In this document: positions 63,789-64,000 of the stretch, one piece after another
How positions within the stretch are numbered: position 1 is the stretch's first letter
How the letters are laid out: every line of letters starts with the position of its first letter
Program-made: the position numbers and the translations under genes
Notes under the pieces: generated by a model
The model's database searches: none
Told to the model about the DNA's origin: nothing
Seen by the model: only the letters and a program-made list of their open reading frames with translations
Assembly (NCBI RefSeq): GCF_006345805.1
Contig: NC_043016.1
Location: 18,414,001 to 18,478,000 of the forward strand
Direction of reading: 5' to 3'
From: Octopus sinensis
Lineage: Eukaryota
DNA length: 64,000 bases

Positions 63789-64000
63789 TAATTTAGAGAC
63801 AAACCGCTATATAGTTATTCCATCAATAGTGAAAAGATATTATCTATATTAACCACATAGAAATTAATTAAATACTTATAATTATTATTCTAAAAATCTC
63901 ATAACAAATCAAACATTAAATTGACTACGCGCGTTTCATGACTATAAATAATATCTTTTCACTATTCATGGAATAACTATATAGCGAACATATATATGAC

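Overview
AT-rich, microsatellite-saturated animal genomic DNA with no intact host gene I can recognise. The repeat families look like those of Octopus (from recall, not a database search). All long ORFs in the track are microsatellite read-throughs. Contents: roughly 40 full or partial copies of three tRNA-headed SINE families (called A, B, C here); LINE fragments (two R4/Dong-type RLE 3' ends, a CR1-type RT fragment, a CR1-type 3' end, an RTE-type 5' end); Penelope-like elements (PLEs) with GIY-YIG endonuclease; MITEs; a Helitron2/HINE-like pair; a U6 snRNA pseudogene; and a 100-N gap. The main signal is RNA-level. I count about 16 hammerhead-ribozyme-like (HHR) motifs in about 8 unrelated sequence contexts, many degenerate. 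They include (1) a 2.3-unit tandem array of a ~470-nt structured monomer with a type I HHR and GUC site (retrozyme-like, 11685-12770); (2) a ~2-kb head-to-head palindrome of a PLE 3' half with an HHR fold at both outer ends (49587-51690); (3) three mini fold-backs from unrelated families with the same outward-facing-HHR geometry; and (4) a recurrent CCGANGA (U4C) core. Folds were made by eye, coordinates are approximate, and scattered indels suggest a noisy long-read consensus.
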